DNA from: an uncultured Acidimicrobiaceae bacterium
GTDB lineage: Bacteria; Actinomycetota; Acidimicrobiia; Spongiisociales; UBA5794
Assembly: GCA_964496825.1 (NCBI GenBank)
Contig: CAZCBO010000001.1
Coordinates: 1-51,331 of the forward strand
DNA length: 51,331 nucleotides
Direction: 5' to 3'
The position numbers were made by a program, and so were the translations under genes. The notes beneath the pieces are model-generated. The model saw only the letters and a program-made list of their open reading frames with translations, did not search any database and was not told the origin of the DNA. Positions 31,934 to 40,459 of the stretch are shown here, piece after piece (within the stretch, counting starts at the first letter, position 1; each line of letters opens with the position of its first letter).

Positions 31934-32750
31934 CCTCAGCGACTCCATCGTGGCGACCGAGGCCCCGGAAGCGGCCGGTGTCAGGCCGACGATCCATGTC
32001 CAGAACGCCGTGAAGAGCTTCGATGGACGGGTCGTCGTCGACGTCGACGACCTCACGCTGGGAACGAACCCGATCGAGGGGCTCATCGGCCCCAACGGCG
32101 CCGGCAAGACGACGCTGATGCGGATGATCATGCACTCCATCAAGCTCGACGAGGGCACGATCACGTTCTCCCCCAACGGGCGAGAGGCCAGCGTTCTCTC
32201 CGCCATGCGCTCGCCGGCGATCTCACGGCTCGGCGTGGTCAAGACCAACCAGGTCATCCAGGATTTCGAGCGCCTGACCATCCTCGACTCGCTGCTGCTC
32301 GCGGTCTCGGCGGCAGGCGACGAGCGGGCATACCAGATCTATCGCGAGGACGACGTGTTCGATCGCCACGCCGCCGAGATCCGGGGATACCTCGCCTACT
32401 TCGGCATCGACGACTCGACCAACTTCGCCCTCTCCGCGGGGGAGAAGAAGCTCCTGGACATCATCCGCTGCCTGCTGTTGCAGCCGAGGGTGCTGCTGCT
32501 CGACGAGCCCACGGCCGGGCTGCCGGGTGAGGCGAGAGATCGGGTGATGGACCTCATCAGGGACAAGGCGATGACCGAGAACATCTCGGTGGTGATCGTC
32601 GAGCACGACCTCGACGTCATCTGGGCCATGTCCGACCTCGTGCACTTCATGGCCGAGGGCAAGGTGATCCTCCAGGGAGACCCCGACTACATCCGCGAGC
32701 ACGAGACGGTCATCGTGAAGTACCTGGGGAGTGGGCATGTTGGACGCTAA
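31926..32750 (+). CDS. ABC transporter ATP-binding protein, LivG-like
   Basis: Has Walker A GPNGAGKTT, Walker B LLLDEPTAG, and an unusual signature LSAGEKK. GTG 31926 is chosen (8-nt overlap with the permease); the track start 31872 lies inside the permease gene. Confidence 0.8.
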   Translation: MSDLSDSIVATEAPEAAGVRPTIHVQNAVKSFDGRVVVDVDDLTLGTNPIEGLIGPNGAGKTTLMRMIMHSIKLDEGTITFSPNGREASVLSAMRSPAISRLGVVKTNQVIQDFERLTILDSLLLAVSAAGDERAYQIYREDDVFDRHAAEIRGYLAYFGIDDSTNFALSAGEKKLLDIIRCLLLQPRVLLLDEPTAGLPGEARDRVMDLIRDKAMTENISVVIVEHDLDVIWAMSDLVHFMAEGKVILQGDPDYIREHETVIVKYLGSGHVGR

Positions 32751-33429
32751 GGGCATCCGCAGCGGCTACTCCGGGGTCGAGGTGATCAAGGGCATCGACC
32801 TCAACGTCGGGGACGAGATCTTCGGTGTGCTCGGCGCCAACGGAGCGGGAAAGACGACCTTGCTGGCCACCCTCGCCCGGCTGTTGCCGCTGATGGACGG
32901 CGAGCTGTGGTTCCAGGGCGAGAACGTCTCGGATCTGCCGCCGTACGCGACCGCGGCCAGGGGCTTGGGGTACGTGCCCCAGGAGAAGGGCATCTTCGCC
33001 GACCTGACCGTGCAGGAGAACCTCGAGGTCGGGGCGATGATCGGCAAGCGCTCCACCGAGGAACGGATCGCCGAGATCGTCGAGCTCTTCCCCGACATTG
33101 GAGAGCGCAGGGACCAGACGGCGGGAACGCTGAGCGGCGGGGAGTCGCGGATGCTGGCCTGCGGCCGCGCCCTGATGCAGGACCCGGTCTTGATGTTGCT
33201 CGACGAGCCCACGGCGGGGCTCTCTCCCCTCTACGTCGACCAGTTCTTCGAGAAGATCATCGAGATCCACCAGACGCGAGGCGTCGCCATCGTGCTCGCC
33301 GAGCAGAACGCCACCAAGGCGCTCGAGGTCGTCGATCGCGTGATGGTGCTGACCCTCGGGGAGGCCTCCGACGTCATGGATGCCTCCGACGTGACCATCG
33401 AGACCCTACGGGAGGGATATCGAATCTAG
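32737..33429 (+). CDS. ABC transporter ATP-binding protein, LivF-like
   Basis: Has Walker A GANGAGKTT, signature LSGGESRML and Walker B LMLLDEPTAG. The start is ATG 32737, or GTG 32731. Confidence 0.85.
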   Translation: MLDAKGIRSGYSGVEVIKGIDLNVGDEIFGVLGANGAGKTTLLATLARLLPLMDGELWFQGENVSDLPPYATAARGLGYVPQEKGIFADLTVQENLEVGAMIGKRSTEERIAEIVELFPDIGERRDQTAGTLSGGESRMLACGRALMQDPVLMLLDEPTAGLSPLYVDQFFEKIIEIHQTRGVAIVLAEQNATKALEVVDRVMVLTLGEASDVMDASDVTIETLREGYRI

Positions 33430-33505
33430 GACGGACCGAACATCCGAGGATCCGCCGGATCCAAGGATCTGAACCGCAAGCAAGGAAGGCTAGAAGGAGG
33501 AGGTA

Positions 33506-34894
33506 ATGCGCATAGGGATCAAGAAGATGAGCCGGATTGCGGTAGTGCTCTTGGTGCTGGCCGTTATCGCCGCCGCGTGCGGCGAGGGCGAAGACACCAC
33601 GACGACCGCGGCGCCGACGGAAACCACCGCGGCGACCGAGACCACCGCACCGGCAGCAGCAGGCGACACGGTCATGGTGGGCGAACTCGCCTACTACACG
33701 GGTGAGTTCGCACCGTACGGACCTTCGCTCACCGCCGACGTCCGGTTCCCGGTGTATGAGGTGATCAACCTCGATCCCCCATTGGGGATCCCCTGGGAGA
33801 CCGTCCACGAGGACATCGGCACCGTCGGTGAAGGCCAGGCGGCTCGTACGCTCGTCGAGCAAGACGACGTCGACATCCTGGTCAGCGCCGCCCACGAGTA
33901 TCGGACGTACCGGGACTGGCTGCAGGAAGTGATCGCCGAGACGGACGCGCCACTGATGCCGACCGTCCACGGCGGCACCATCCCCAAGAACCTGGGTGGA
34001 GTCGGCACCGAGCCGATCTTCCGGGCCCAGGGTCTCGATGAGGGACTGGGCACGTTCGGGTCGCTCTACGCCGACCAGATCGGCGCCGAGACCATGGTGG
34101 TGTTCGCCACCCAGGTGGAGGGCTTCCAGCTGGCGGCCGATGCTGCAGAAGCAGCGGCCGAGGAACTCGGCATCGAGGTCCTCGACCGGATCGACGCCCA
34201 GGCCGAACAGTCCACCTACCGGACCGAGGCCCAGCGGATCGCCGAGCTGGATCCTGATGTCGTGATCATGCAGGCGGGCTCTGTCGAATCGGCCACGCTG
34301 ATCAAGCAGGCCGCAGAGGCCGGGCTGTCCCTGACCTGGATCGGTGAGACCGGCTGGATCCAGCCGGAGTTCATCGGCACGCTGGGAACGGATGCGATCG
34401 CCAGCCAGGAAGAGATCGGGTATGCCGCGTTCGGGCCAAACAAGGAGTCCCCAGCGTGGGACTTCTACTCGGACCTGTGGAACAACAACCCGGACTACAA
34501 CCAGTACGGTGGCGCTGAGGACCAGTACCACTTCTCGACGTATGACCTGCTGGTGACCACGGCACTCGCCGTCGAGGCGGCCGGGTCGCTCGATGCGAGC
34601 GCCTGGGCCCCGGCGATGTTCGACGTCACCGACCCGCCGGGAGAGGTGTGCTACACGTACGCCGACTGCCTGGCGTTGTTGAGGGCGGGTGAGGACATCG
34701 ACTACGAGGGCGTTACCGGACCCGGCACGTTCTCGTCGGGCGGTGTCAACGCCGTGACGCCGGCGGTGTTCGTCTTCGGTGCGGACGGAGAGATCGCCGA
34801 CGAGATCCTCGTCGACGCCAACCGTGCGCTGGAGATCATCGAGAAGATCTCCGTCGAAGCGGACTGCGACGCCAACAACGTCTGCACCTGGTAA
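33506..34894 (+). CDS. ABC transporter substrate-binding lipoprotein (type 1 periplasmic binding fold, LivK-like)
   Basis: AAGGAGGAGG lies at 33494-33503. Has the signal peptide plus lipobox VIAAAC and a Thr-rich linker. Its size and position at the end of the transporter operon also fit. Confidence 0.8.
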   Translation: MRIGIKKMSRIAVVLLVLAVIAAACGEGEDTTTTAAPTETTAATETTAPAAAGDTVMVGELAYYTGEFAPYGPSLTADVRFPVYEVINLDPPLGIPWETVHEDIGTVGEGQAARTLVEQDDVDILVSAAHEYRTYRDWLQEVIAETDAPLMPTVHGGTIPKNLGGVGTEPIFRAQGLDEGLGTFGSLYADQIGAETMVVFATQVEGFQLAADAAEAAAEELGIEVLDRIDAQAEQSTYRTEAQRIAELDPDVVIMQAGSVESATLIKQAAEAGLSLTWIGETGWIQPEFIGTLGTDAIASQEEIGYAAFGPNKESPAWDFYSDLWNNNPDYNQYGGAEDQYHFSTYDLLVTTALAVEAAGSLDASAWAPAMFDVTDPPGEVCYTYADCLALLRAGEDIDYEGVTGPGTFSSGGVNAVTPAVFVFGADGEIADEILVDANRALEIIEKISVEADCDANNVCTW

Positions 34895-34918
34895 GGAGAG
34901 ACAAAGACCAGCAACACA

Positions 34919-34950
34919 CGACGGTGCCCTCCCTCGGGAGGGCACCGTCG
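34919..34950 (+). terminator. Perfect 15-bp inverted repeat (CGACGGTGCCCTCCC tc GGGAGGGCACCGTCG) downstream of the SBP gene
   Basis: Read directly. It lies 25 nt after the TAA at 34892-34894. There is no U-tract, so this would be an I-shaped terminator as is common in high-GC actinobacteria. Confidence 0.6.
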
Positions 34951-34977
34951 CGTCGGCGTTCCGATACGATCGGGTGG

Positions 34978-35880
34978 GTGACGGCGGAACGGACGCTCGA
35001 TGGCGCAGCGCTGGCAGAGGTCATGGTTCGATTCCATGCGCTGCTTCAGGAGCACCGAGAGCACCTCAACCGGCTCAACGTCTATCCCGTGCCCGACGCC
35101 GACACCGGCAACAACCTGAGGGCGACCCTGGAGTCGGTGGTCGATGCCGTCGGGTCCACGTCCTCGATGGACGATGTTTGCACCGCGATCCGTCGCGGCG
35201 CCCTGCTGGGCGCCCATGGTGCCTCCGGCGTGATCATGGCCCAGCTCCTGGGAGCGCTCGCTTCCCACCTCACCGACTGCACCGCCGTATCGGGCGCCGA
35301 CCTCGCCGCCGCCCTTGAGGCCGCCAGTCGAGCAGCCGATGCCGCCGTGGCCCGGCCCGTCGAGGGCACGATCCTCACCGTGGCCCGGGATGCAGCCGCC
35401 GCTGCCCGCGGTGCGTTACCCGGCGCCGGCGTGGCCGACGTCGCAGCGGCCGCCCGCATCGGAGCCGAAGCCTCGCTTCAGCGGACCCCGGACCTCCTCC
35501 CCCGGCTGCGGGAAGCGGGCGTGGTGGACTCCGGCGGCCTCGGGTTCGTGCTCTTGCTCCACGCCCTCGCCCATGTGGTCGCAGGGACCCCCCTGCCGGT
35601 GGCGCCGCCCCCCGGATCCGAGCCGTCCTTCGCCGCTGCACCGTCTCCCCCACGGTTCGAGGTGGTCCTCAGGCTCGAGGCCGGCGCCGGGATGGTGGAC
35701 GAGTTCCGGCGCAGGTGGGATGGCCTCGGCAACGAGTCGACCGTGGTCGTCGAGGATAGCGACCTGTGGCTGGCACACATCCACACCGACGATCTCGAAT
35801 CTGCCCTCGAGGCGGCCAGGGCCGCCGGCACGCTTCGCGACGTGCAGATCACCGACCTGCTCGCCCAGATCGGCGAATAG
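34978..35880 (+). CDS. DAK2-domain protein, short FakA/YloV-like (N-terminal Dak2 + middle domain only)
   Basis: Has YPVPDADTGNN, AHGASGVIMAQ, PVEGTILTVARDA and REAGVVDSGGLGF, then a middle-domain pattern LGNESTVVVEDSDLWLAHIHTDD. At 300 aa it lacks the roughly 200-aa C-terminal domain of full-length FakA/YloV. The GTG at 34978 lies after the terminator hairpin. Confidence 0.7.
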   Translation: MTAERTLDGAALAEVMVRFHALLQEHREHLNRLNVYPVPDADTGNNLRATLESVVDAVGSTSSMDDVCTAIRRGALLGAHGASGVIMAQLLGALASHLTDCTAVSGADLAAALEAASRAADAAVARPVEGTILTVARDAAAAARGALPGAGVADVAAAARIGAEASLQRTPDLLPRLREAGVVDSGGLGFVLLLHALAHVVAGTPLPVAPPPGSEPSFAAAPSPPRFEVVLRLEAGAGMVDEFRRRWDGLGNESTVVVEDSDLWLAHIHTDDLESALEAARAAGTLRDVQITDLLAQIGE

Positions 35881-35893
35881 GGTCCCGGGGCAC

Positions 35894-36526
35894 ATGAGAG
35901 ATCTGCCCGCTCCGGCGGTGATTGCGATTTCCTACGCCGTCGGCTCGATTCCCTTCTCCGGACTCGTGGCGCGACGGCTGAAGGAGGTCGACCTCAGGGA
36001 GGTGGGCACCGGCACGGTGTCCGGCACCTCGCTCTACCGGGAAGCCGGCCTCGGGCCCCTGCTGGTGGGCGGGATCCTCGACCTCGCCAAGGGGAGCGTC
36101 GGGCCATGGCTCGCCGGCAGCCACCGACCAGGACTGCGGGCGCTGGCGGCCGGCGCGACGGTCGCCGGCCACAACTGGTCGGTGTTCCTCGGAGGCGCCG
36201 GGGGGCGGGGAATCTCACCGGCCATGGGGGCGATGCTGGCGGGTATGCCCGAGGGCTCGGCGGTGCTCCTTGCCGGGCTGGCGGCCGGCAAGGCGGCCGG
36301 TTCGACATCGCTGGGTGCGCTCGTGGCCGATGTGGCGCTGGTACCTGTGCTGGCGGTGACCCGGCGCCGGGCGGGAGCGCTGACCGCGCTCGCCGTGGTC
36401 ACCCCGATGCTGCTCAAGCGTCTGCTCGGCAACAATCCACGCCGACGGCCGGACGAAGCCGGCGTGTACCTCAACCGGCTCCTGTTCGACCAGGACGACC
36501 GACCGAGGCAAGGGACCGACGCGTGA
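35894..36526 (+). CDS. plsY: PlsY-like acyl-phosphate:glycerol-3-phosphate acyltransferase (divergent)
   Basis: Membrane protein with an N-terminal SYAVGSIPFSGLVARR, LDLAKG and AGHNWSVFLGGAGGRG, matching PlsY motif positions. The motifs are diverged from the canonical GSGNxGATN and FxGGKG. Confidence 0.6.
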   Translation: MRDLPAPAVIAISYAVGSIPFSGLVARRLKEVDLREVGTGTVSGTSLYREAGLGPLLVGGILDLAKGSVGPWLAGSHRPGLRALAAGATVAGHNWSVFLGGAGGRGISPAMGAMLAGMPEGSAVLLAGLAAGKAAGSTSLGALVADVALVPVLAVTRRRAGALTALAVVTPMLLKRLLGNNPRRRPDEAGVYLNRLLFDQDDRPRQGTDA

Positions 36527-37374
36527 CCGTTGCCGTCATCGCCGACAGCGCCGCCACGATCCCCGAGGACCTCGCAAGCGGGCTCGGGATTGCGATCGTC
36601 CCGCTCCGTTTCGCGCTCGGTGCCGACTCGTATCGGGACGGTGACGTTGCGCCCGAGACCCTGGTCGACGCCATCGAGGCGGCGACGACCTCAGGTCCAA
36701 CACCGATGGACTTCCTCGAAGCGATCGAAGCGAATGCCACGCCCGACGGTGCCGTGATCGCAACGGTCGCCCATGAGCTGTCGGCAGGAACCCATCTGGC
36801 GGCGAAGACGGCCGCGGAGCTCGCCGGCGTGCCGGTCGAGGTCGTCGATACGCTCAGCGCCGCCGGTGGGGAGGGCTTGGTCGTCCTCGAAGCGGCGCGC
36901 ACCGCTGCGGCCGGCGGGTCCATCACCGATGTCGTCGAGGCGGCGGGTCGGGCCGCGGAACGGGTTCGGCTCGTGGCGACGCTGCCGGGCCTCGACCACC
37001 TCGCGCGCTCCGGGAGAGTGCCACAGGCGGCCGCCTGGGCGGCGCGCTGGGTCGGATTGCGGCCGGTGATCGAGCTGCGCCACGGTCGTGTCGCTCCTGC
37101 GAAGCCTGCGTTGAGCGAGGCGGCGGCTCGACGCAGACTGGTCGATGCGTGGAGCAGTTCGATCCCTGCGGATCCGGCCCCCCTGCACGTTGCCGCACTC
37201 CATTCCCTCGCCCCTCAGGCCGCGGAGGAGCTGCTGGCGGCCGTCGCCGGGCGCATCGAGCCGGCGACGGCGTTCGTCGGTTCCTTCGGGACGGGGATGT
37301 TCATCCACACCGGTCCAGGGGTCGTGGGACTCGCCTGGTGGTGGGACGATCCCGAGGAGGGTGGTCACCTATGA
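36523..37374 (+). CDS. DegV-family (FakB-like) fatty-acid-binding protein
   Basis: GTG at 36523 overlaps the plsY-like stop (GTGA). VAVIADSAATIPEDL...IVPLRF is a typical DegV N-terminus. Confidence 0.8.
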   Translation: MTVAVIADSAATIPEDLASGLGIAIVPLRFALGADSYRDGDVAPETLVDAIEAATTSGPTPMDFLEAIEANATPDGAVIATVAHELSAGTHLAAKTAAELAGVPVEVVDTLSAAGGEGLVVLEAARTAAAGGSITDVVEAAGRAAERVRLVATLPGLDHLARSGRVPQAAAWAARWVGLRPVIELRHGRVAPAKPALSEAAARRRLVDAWSSSIPADPAPLHVAALHSLAPQAAEELLAAVAGRIEPATAFVGSFGTGMFIHTGPGVVGLAWWWDDPEEGGHL

Positions 37375-37404
37375 CGATGCCGCGATCCCCGAGCCGGCAC
37401 CCTC

Positions 37405-38154
37405 TCAGCCGTAAGCGGGGACGGTGCCGTCGAAGGCGAGCGCCCAGTCGACGGCATCGCGGATGGCGGGGATGCTCAACGGATGAAAGGCGTGGTGCAT
37501 CCCGGCGACGATGTCGAGGCGGGATGCTCCCCCAGCCGCGCCGGCCAGGCGCTCGGCTGCCCCGTGCGGGATCATCGGGTCGGCTTCGCCGTGGATCAGT
37601 GCCAGCGGAGCCCTGATCGACTCGACGAGTGCCAGCGGCGGAAGCGGACTCGACCACACAGGATGGATCCGGACGCCGAGCCTGCGGTCGGCGACGTGTC
37701 GGCCGAGGCGGGTGCGGGTGAGGGCAGACGCGAAGATCGTTCGCACATTGCGCGGGAGCGTCCACTCGGCGGGCGAGCTCACGCTGATCACCCCTGCCAG
37801 GTCCTGATCCGCCGCGCCATACCGCAGCACCGCGATCGCACCCATCGAGGCGCCGAGGGTCACCACCCGCTCGTCGATGTCGCGTGCCGAGACGACGGCG
37901 GCGGCCACATCCATCCACTCTGAATCCCCGAGGGTGCAGAGACCGCCGGAAGAGCCGTGGCCTCGAGCATCGTACGAGATCACCTCGTGGCCGTCGGCGG
38001 CGAGAGCCTCGGCCACCGAAAGCACCTCGGGATGATCCTTCGATGCCGTGAACCCGTGGACGAGCACGACCGCGCTGCGCCGGTGTCCGGCGGCACGATG
38101 GCGATGGGCGACGAGCGAGACCCCATCGAGGGTCTTCAGCTGGAATCTGGCCAC
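37405..38154 (-). CDS. Alpha/beta hydrolase
   Basis: Has VLVHGFTASKD, the nucleophile elbow GASMG, and a C-terminal IHGEAD..H. Confidence 0.8.
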   Translation of the reverse strand: MARFQLKTLDGVSLVAHRHRAAGHRRSAVVLVHGFTASKDHPEVLSVAEALAADGHEVISYDARGHGSSGGLCTLGDSEWMDVAAAVVSARDIDERVVTLGASMGAIAVLRYGAADQDLAGVISVSSPAEWTLPRNVRTIFASALTRTRLGRHVADRRLGVRIHPVWSSPLPPLALVESIRAPLALIHGEADPMIPHGAAERLAGAAGGASRLDIVAGMHHAFHPLSIPAIRDAVDWALAFDGTVPAYG

Positions 38155-38238
38155 AGCGACAACCTAGGAACGACCCCGCCCTATCGGCACAGCGATGCGA
38201 GCGCCGAAGACGGAGTTCCATCCCCTACCCTCCGCCTC

Positions 38239-39768
38239 GTGGCCATCGACGAAGCGCAGCCGCGCCTCGAAGCCCCGCCTGAGGGCATCGACTACAGCAA
38301 GAAGTGGTACGTGCTCGTCGCCATCGCCATGGCGATCTTCCTCGGCACGGTGGACGGCACGATCGTCAACGTCGCCCTCCCGACCCTCGTCGACGACTTC
38401 GGCACCACCTTCGCCGTCGCCCAGTGGGTCGTGCTCTCGTACCTGCTGACTCAGACGACCCTCGTGCTCGGCTTTGGACGACTCGGTGACATGATCGGGA
38501 AGAAGCCGATCTTCACCACCGGGTTCGGGGTCTTCACCGTCGGGTCGATGCTCGCCGCGCTCTCCCCCACCATCGGCATCCTCATCGGTGCCCGCATCGT
38601 GCAGGCGGTCGGTGCCGCCATGATCTTCGCCCTCGGCTTCGCCATCACCACCGAGGCCTTTCCACCCTCGGAGCGAGGGAGGGCGCTCGGCATCAACGGC
38701 ACGATGGCTTCGATCGGCATCATGGCGGGGCCGATCATCGGTGGGTTCATCCTCGAGGCAGCATCCTGGCACTGGATCTTCCTCGTCAACCTCCCGATCG
38801 GGGTCATCGGTACGCTGACCGCGATCAAGTTCGTGCCCAACACGAGGCCGAAGGGATCCCAGCGGTTCGACTTCCTCGGCGGTGCCCTGTTCTTCGTCGG
38901 GTTGCTGACCTTGATGCTCGGCCTCACCGCCGGTCAGGAGATCGGGTTCACCAGCCCGGTCAACCTCGCCCTGTTCGCCACCGCAGCCGCAGCGCTGGTC
39001 GGTTTCGTCCTCGTCGAAAGACGGGTCGACGATCCGATGCTCGACCTCGCGCTCTTCCGCGACCGCGATCTCTCGGTCAACCTCATCACGGGTTTCATTG
39101 CCTTCTTCGTGCTCGCCGGGTTGCTCCTGATCGCACCCTTCTACCTGACCGATGTCATCGGGCTCTCACCGAGCGGCATCGGGTTGGTGCTGGCCGCGGT
39201 ACCGATCACGATGGGCATCGTCTCACCGTTCTCGGGTGGGCTCTCGGATCGGATCGGATCACGACCCGTGACCGTGACCGGGATCGCCATCATGCTCGCC
39301 GGGTACGTCGGGGCTGCCTTCGCGCTCGAAGGGGCGACCACGGCGGCGGCGATCTTCGGGGTCGGCCTCGTCGTCGGTCTCGGCATGGGCACCTTCCACT
39401 CCCCCAACAACAGCGCCATCCTCGGCGCCGTCCCCCAGGCCAAGCTCGGCGTCACCTCGGGGATGTTGACGATCGTGCGGATCACCGGAACCGTCACCGG
39501 CATCGCCGTTCTCGGCACGCTGTGGGCCGCCCGCTCGGTGGTCTACGCCGGGGGCGGGTCCGCCGCAGATGCGCCGGGACCGGCCCAGGCAGCCGGATTC
39601 TCGGATGTGATGACGATCGCGGCGGTGATCCTCGTCGCGGCCCTCGGGTTGGCGGTCTGGGCCTGGAAGAGCCCGACGCGCGACTCGAGACTCGCGACTC
39701 GAGACTCGCGACGCGAGACTCGCGACTCTATGGCTCGGGGATCGACTCCCACTCGAAGAAGCCGCTGA
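38239..39768 (+). CDS. MFS transporter, DHA2/EmrB-like (14-TM type)
   Basis: Has GTVDGTIVNVALPT, LGFGRLGDMIGKKP and WHWIFLVNLPIG. The start is uncertain: GTG 38239 is the first in-frame start after the divergent hydrolase gene. The C-terminal tail is encoded by a heptanucleotide repeat. Confidence 0.8.
   Translation: MAIDEAQPRLEAPPEGIDYSKKWYVLVAIAMAIFLGTVDGTIVNVALPTLVDDFGTTFAVAQWVVLSYLLTQTTLVLGFGRLGDMIGKKPIFTTGFGVFTVGSMLAALSPTIGILIGARIVQAVGAAMIFALGFAITTEAFPPSERGRALGINGTMASIGIMAGPIIGGFILEAASWHWIFLVNLPIGVIGTLTAIKFVPNTRPKGSQRFDFLGGALFFVGLLTLMLGLTAGQEIGFTSPVNLALFATAAAALVGFVLVERRVDDPMLDLALFRDRDLSVNLITGFIAFFVLAGLLLIAPFYLTDVIGLSPSGIGLVLAAVPITMGIVSPFSGGLSDRIGSRPVTVTGIAIMLAGYVGAAFALEGATTAAAIFGVGLVVGLGMGTFHSPNNSAILGAVPQAKLGVTSGMLTIVRITGTVTGIAVLGTLWAARSVVYAGGGSAADAPGPAQAAGFSDVMTIAAVILVAALGLAVWAWKSPTRDSRLATRDSRRETRDSMARGSTPTRRSR
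39679..39728. repeat. Heptanucleotide tandem repeat (CGMGACT) x about 7, equivalent to a 14-nt unit CGCGACTCGAGACT x 3.6
   Basis: Read directly: cgcgact cgagact cgcgact cgagact cgcgacg cgagact cgcgact c. It encodes TRDSRLATRDSRRETRDS in the MFS tail and ends at the stop of the convergent nucleotidyltransferase gene. Confidence 0.85.
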
Positions 39769-40459
39769 CGCCGAGCAGCACACCGATGGCGCTCTCGGCG
39801 TCGTTGACGTCCCCCGACTCGATGAAGCGCTCCACGGCGTCGGCCGCCTCGGGATCGACGTCGCGCAGCGCACTGAGCCGATCCTTCGCCCGTGGCATCC
39901 ACCCGCCGCGCTCGATGAACCACACGGCGACCGCCTGGGAAACCGCCTCGGTGGCGAGGAGTCGGGCCGTCGCCGGGTCGCGCTGGGCAACGTCGAGTGC
40001 GTTGTCGAGCTGGTCCACCGCGGTATAGCGCTGGAAGGTGATCGCATCCTCGGGGACTGTGGGCCCCTGCTCCAGGACGTCGAGCGCGTCGCGGCGAAGC
40101 TCGGCGAAGATCCCCTCCGGGTCGTAGATGATGTGGCCGAAGGCGATCAACTTGACGGCCGCCGCCTTGCCCTCGCGCTGATCCTCTTCCAGCGCCCTCC
40201 GGGCGCGGTGCTCGGGATTGAAGAACATCTCGGCGGGGACCCCGCCGAACAGACGCTGGTCGCGGTGTCGCATGTCGCCCTCGATGATCACGTAGAGGTC
40301 GATGTCGCTGCGGGCGTCGGGCTCGCCGGCGGCCACGCTCCCGCTGAGGTTGATGGCAACCACGTCATCGTGGATCTCGAAGATGTACTCGAGGGCTTCG
40401 ACGAGCGCCTGGTCGTACGGCGGGTCGAGCGGCGGGATCGACAGCTCCGGGAACGTCAC
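39728..40459 (-). CDS. Nucleotidyltransferase-domain protein (Pol-beta superfamily, aminoglycoside/KNTase-like architecture)
   Basis: Has LSGSVAAGEPDARSDIDLYVI (GS-x9-DxD) plus a helical C-terminal domain. GTG at 40459 overlaps the nucleoside hydrolase stop (GTGA). Confidence 0.7.
   Translation of the reverse strand: MTFPELSIPPLDPPYDQALVEALEYIFEIHDDVVAINLSGSVAAGEPDARSDIDLYVIIEGDMRHRDQRLFGGVPAEMFFNPEHRARRALEEDQREGKAAAVKLIAFGHIIYDPEGIFAELRRDALDVLEQGPTVPEDAITFQRYTAVDQLDNALDVAQRDPATARLLATEAVSQAVAVWFIERGGWMPRAKDRLSALRDVDPEAADAVERFIESGDVNDAESAIGVLLGVSGFFEWESIPEP

Noticed and set aside
33449-33463. The palindrome GGATCCG-c-CGGATCC upstream of the SBP gene, and an imperfect GC-rich hairpin at about 16645-16675 after the GntR gene
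   Set aside because: These are short or imperfect and occur inside operons. The first is too short-looped to fold and may be chance. The second could be an internal attenuator, but I cannot support that from sequence alone.
35022-35038. A tRNA-like T-arm: CATGG-TTCGATT-CCATG (GGTTCGATTCC motif)
   Set aside because: The sequence that would form the acceptor stem (gtgggtg about 48 nt upstream against cgctgct downstream) is not complementary, and no D or anticodon arms fit. The segment lies in frame inside the DAK2-domain gene (EVMVRFHALL).
39679-39728. A CRISPR array or mobile-element terminal repeat at the heptamer tract
   Set aside because: The units are directly adjacent with no spacers and are only 7 nt (or 14 nt) long. 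No cas, transposase or inverted partner is present. This is a simple tandem repeat.
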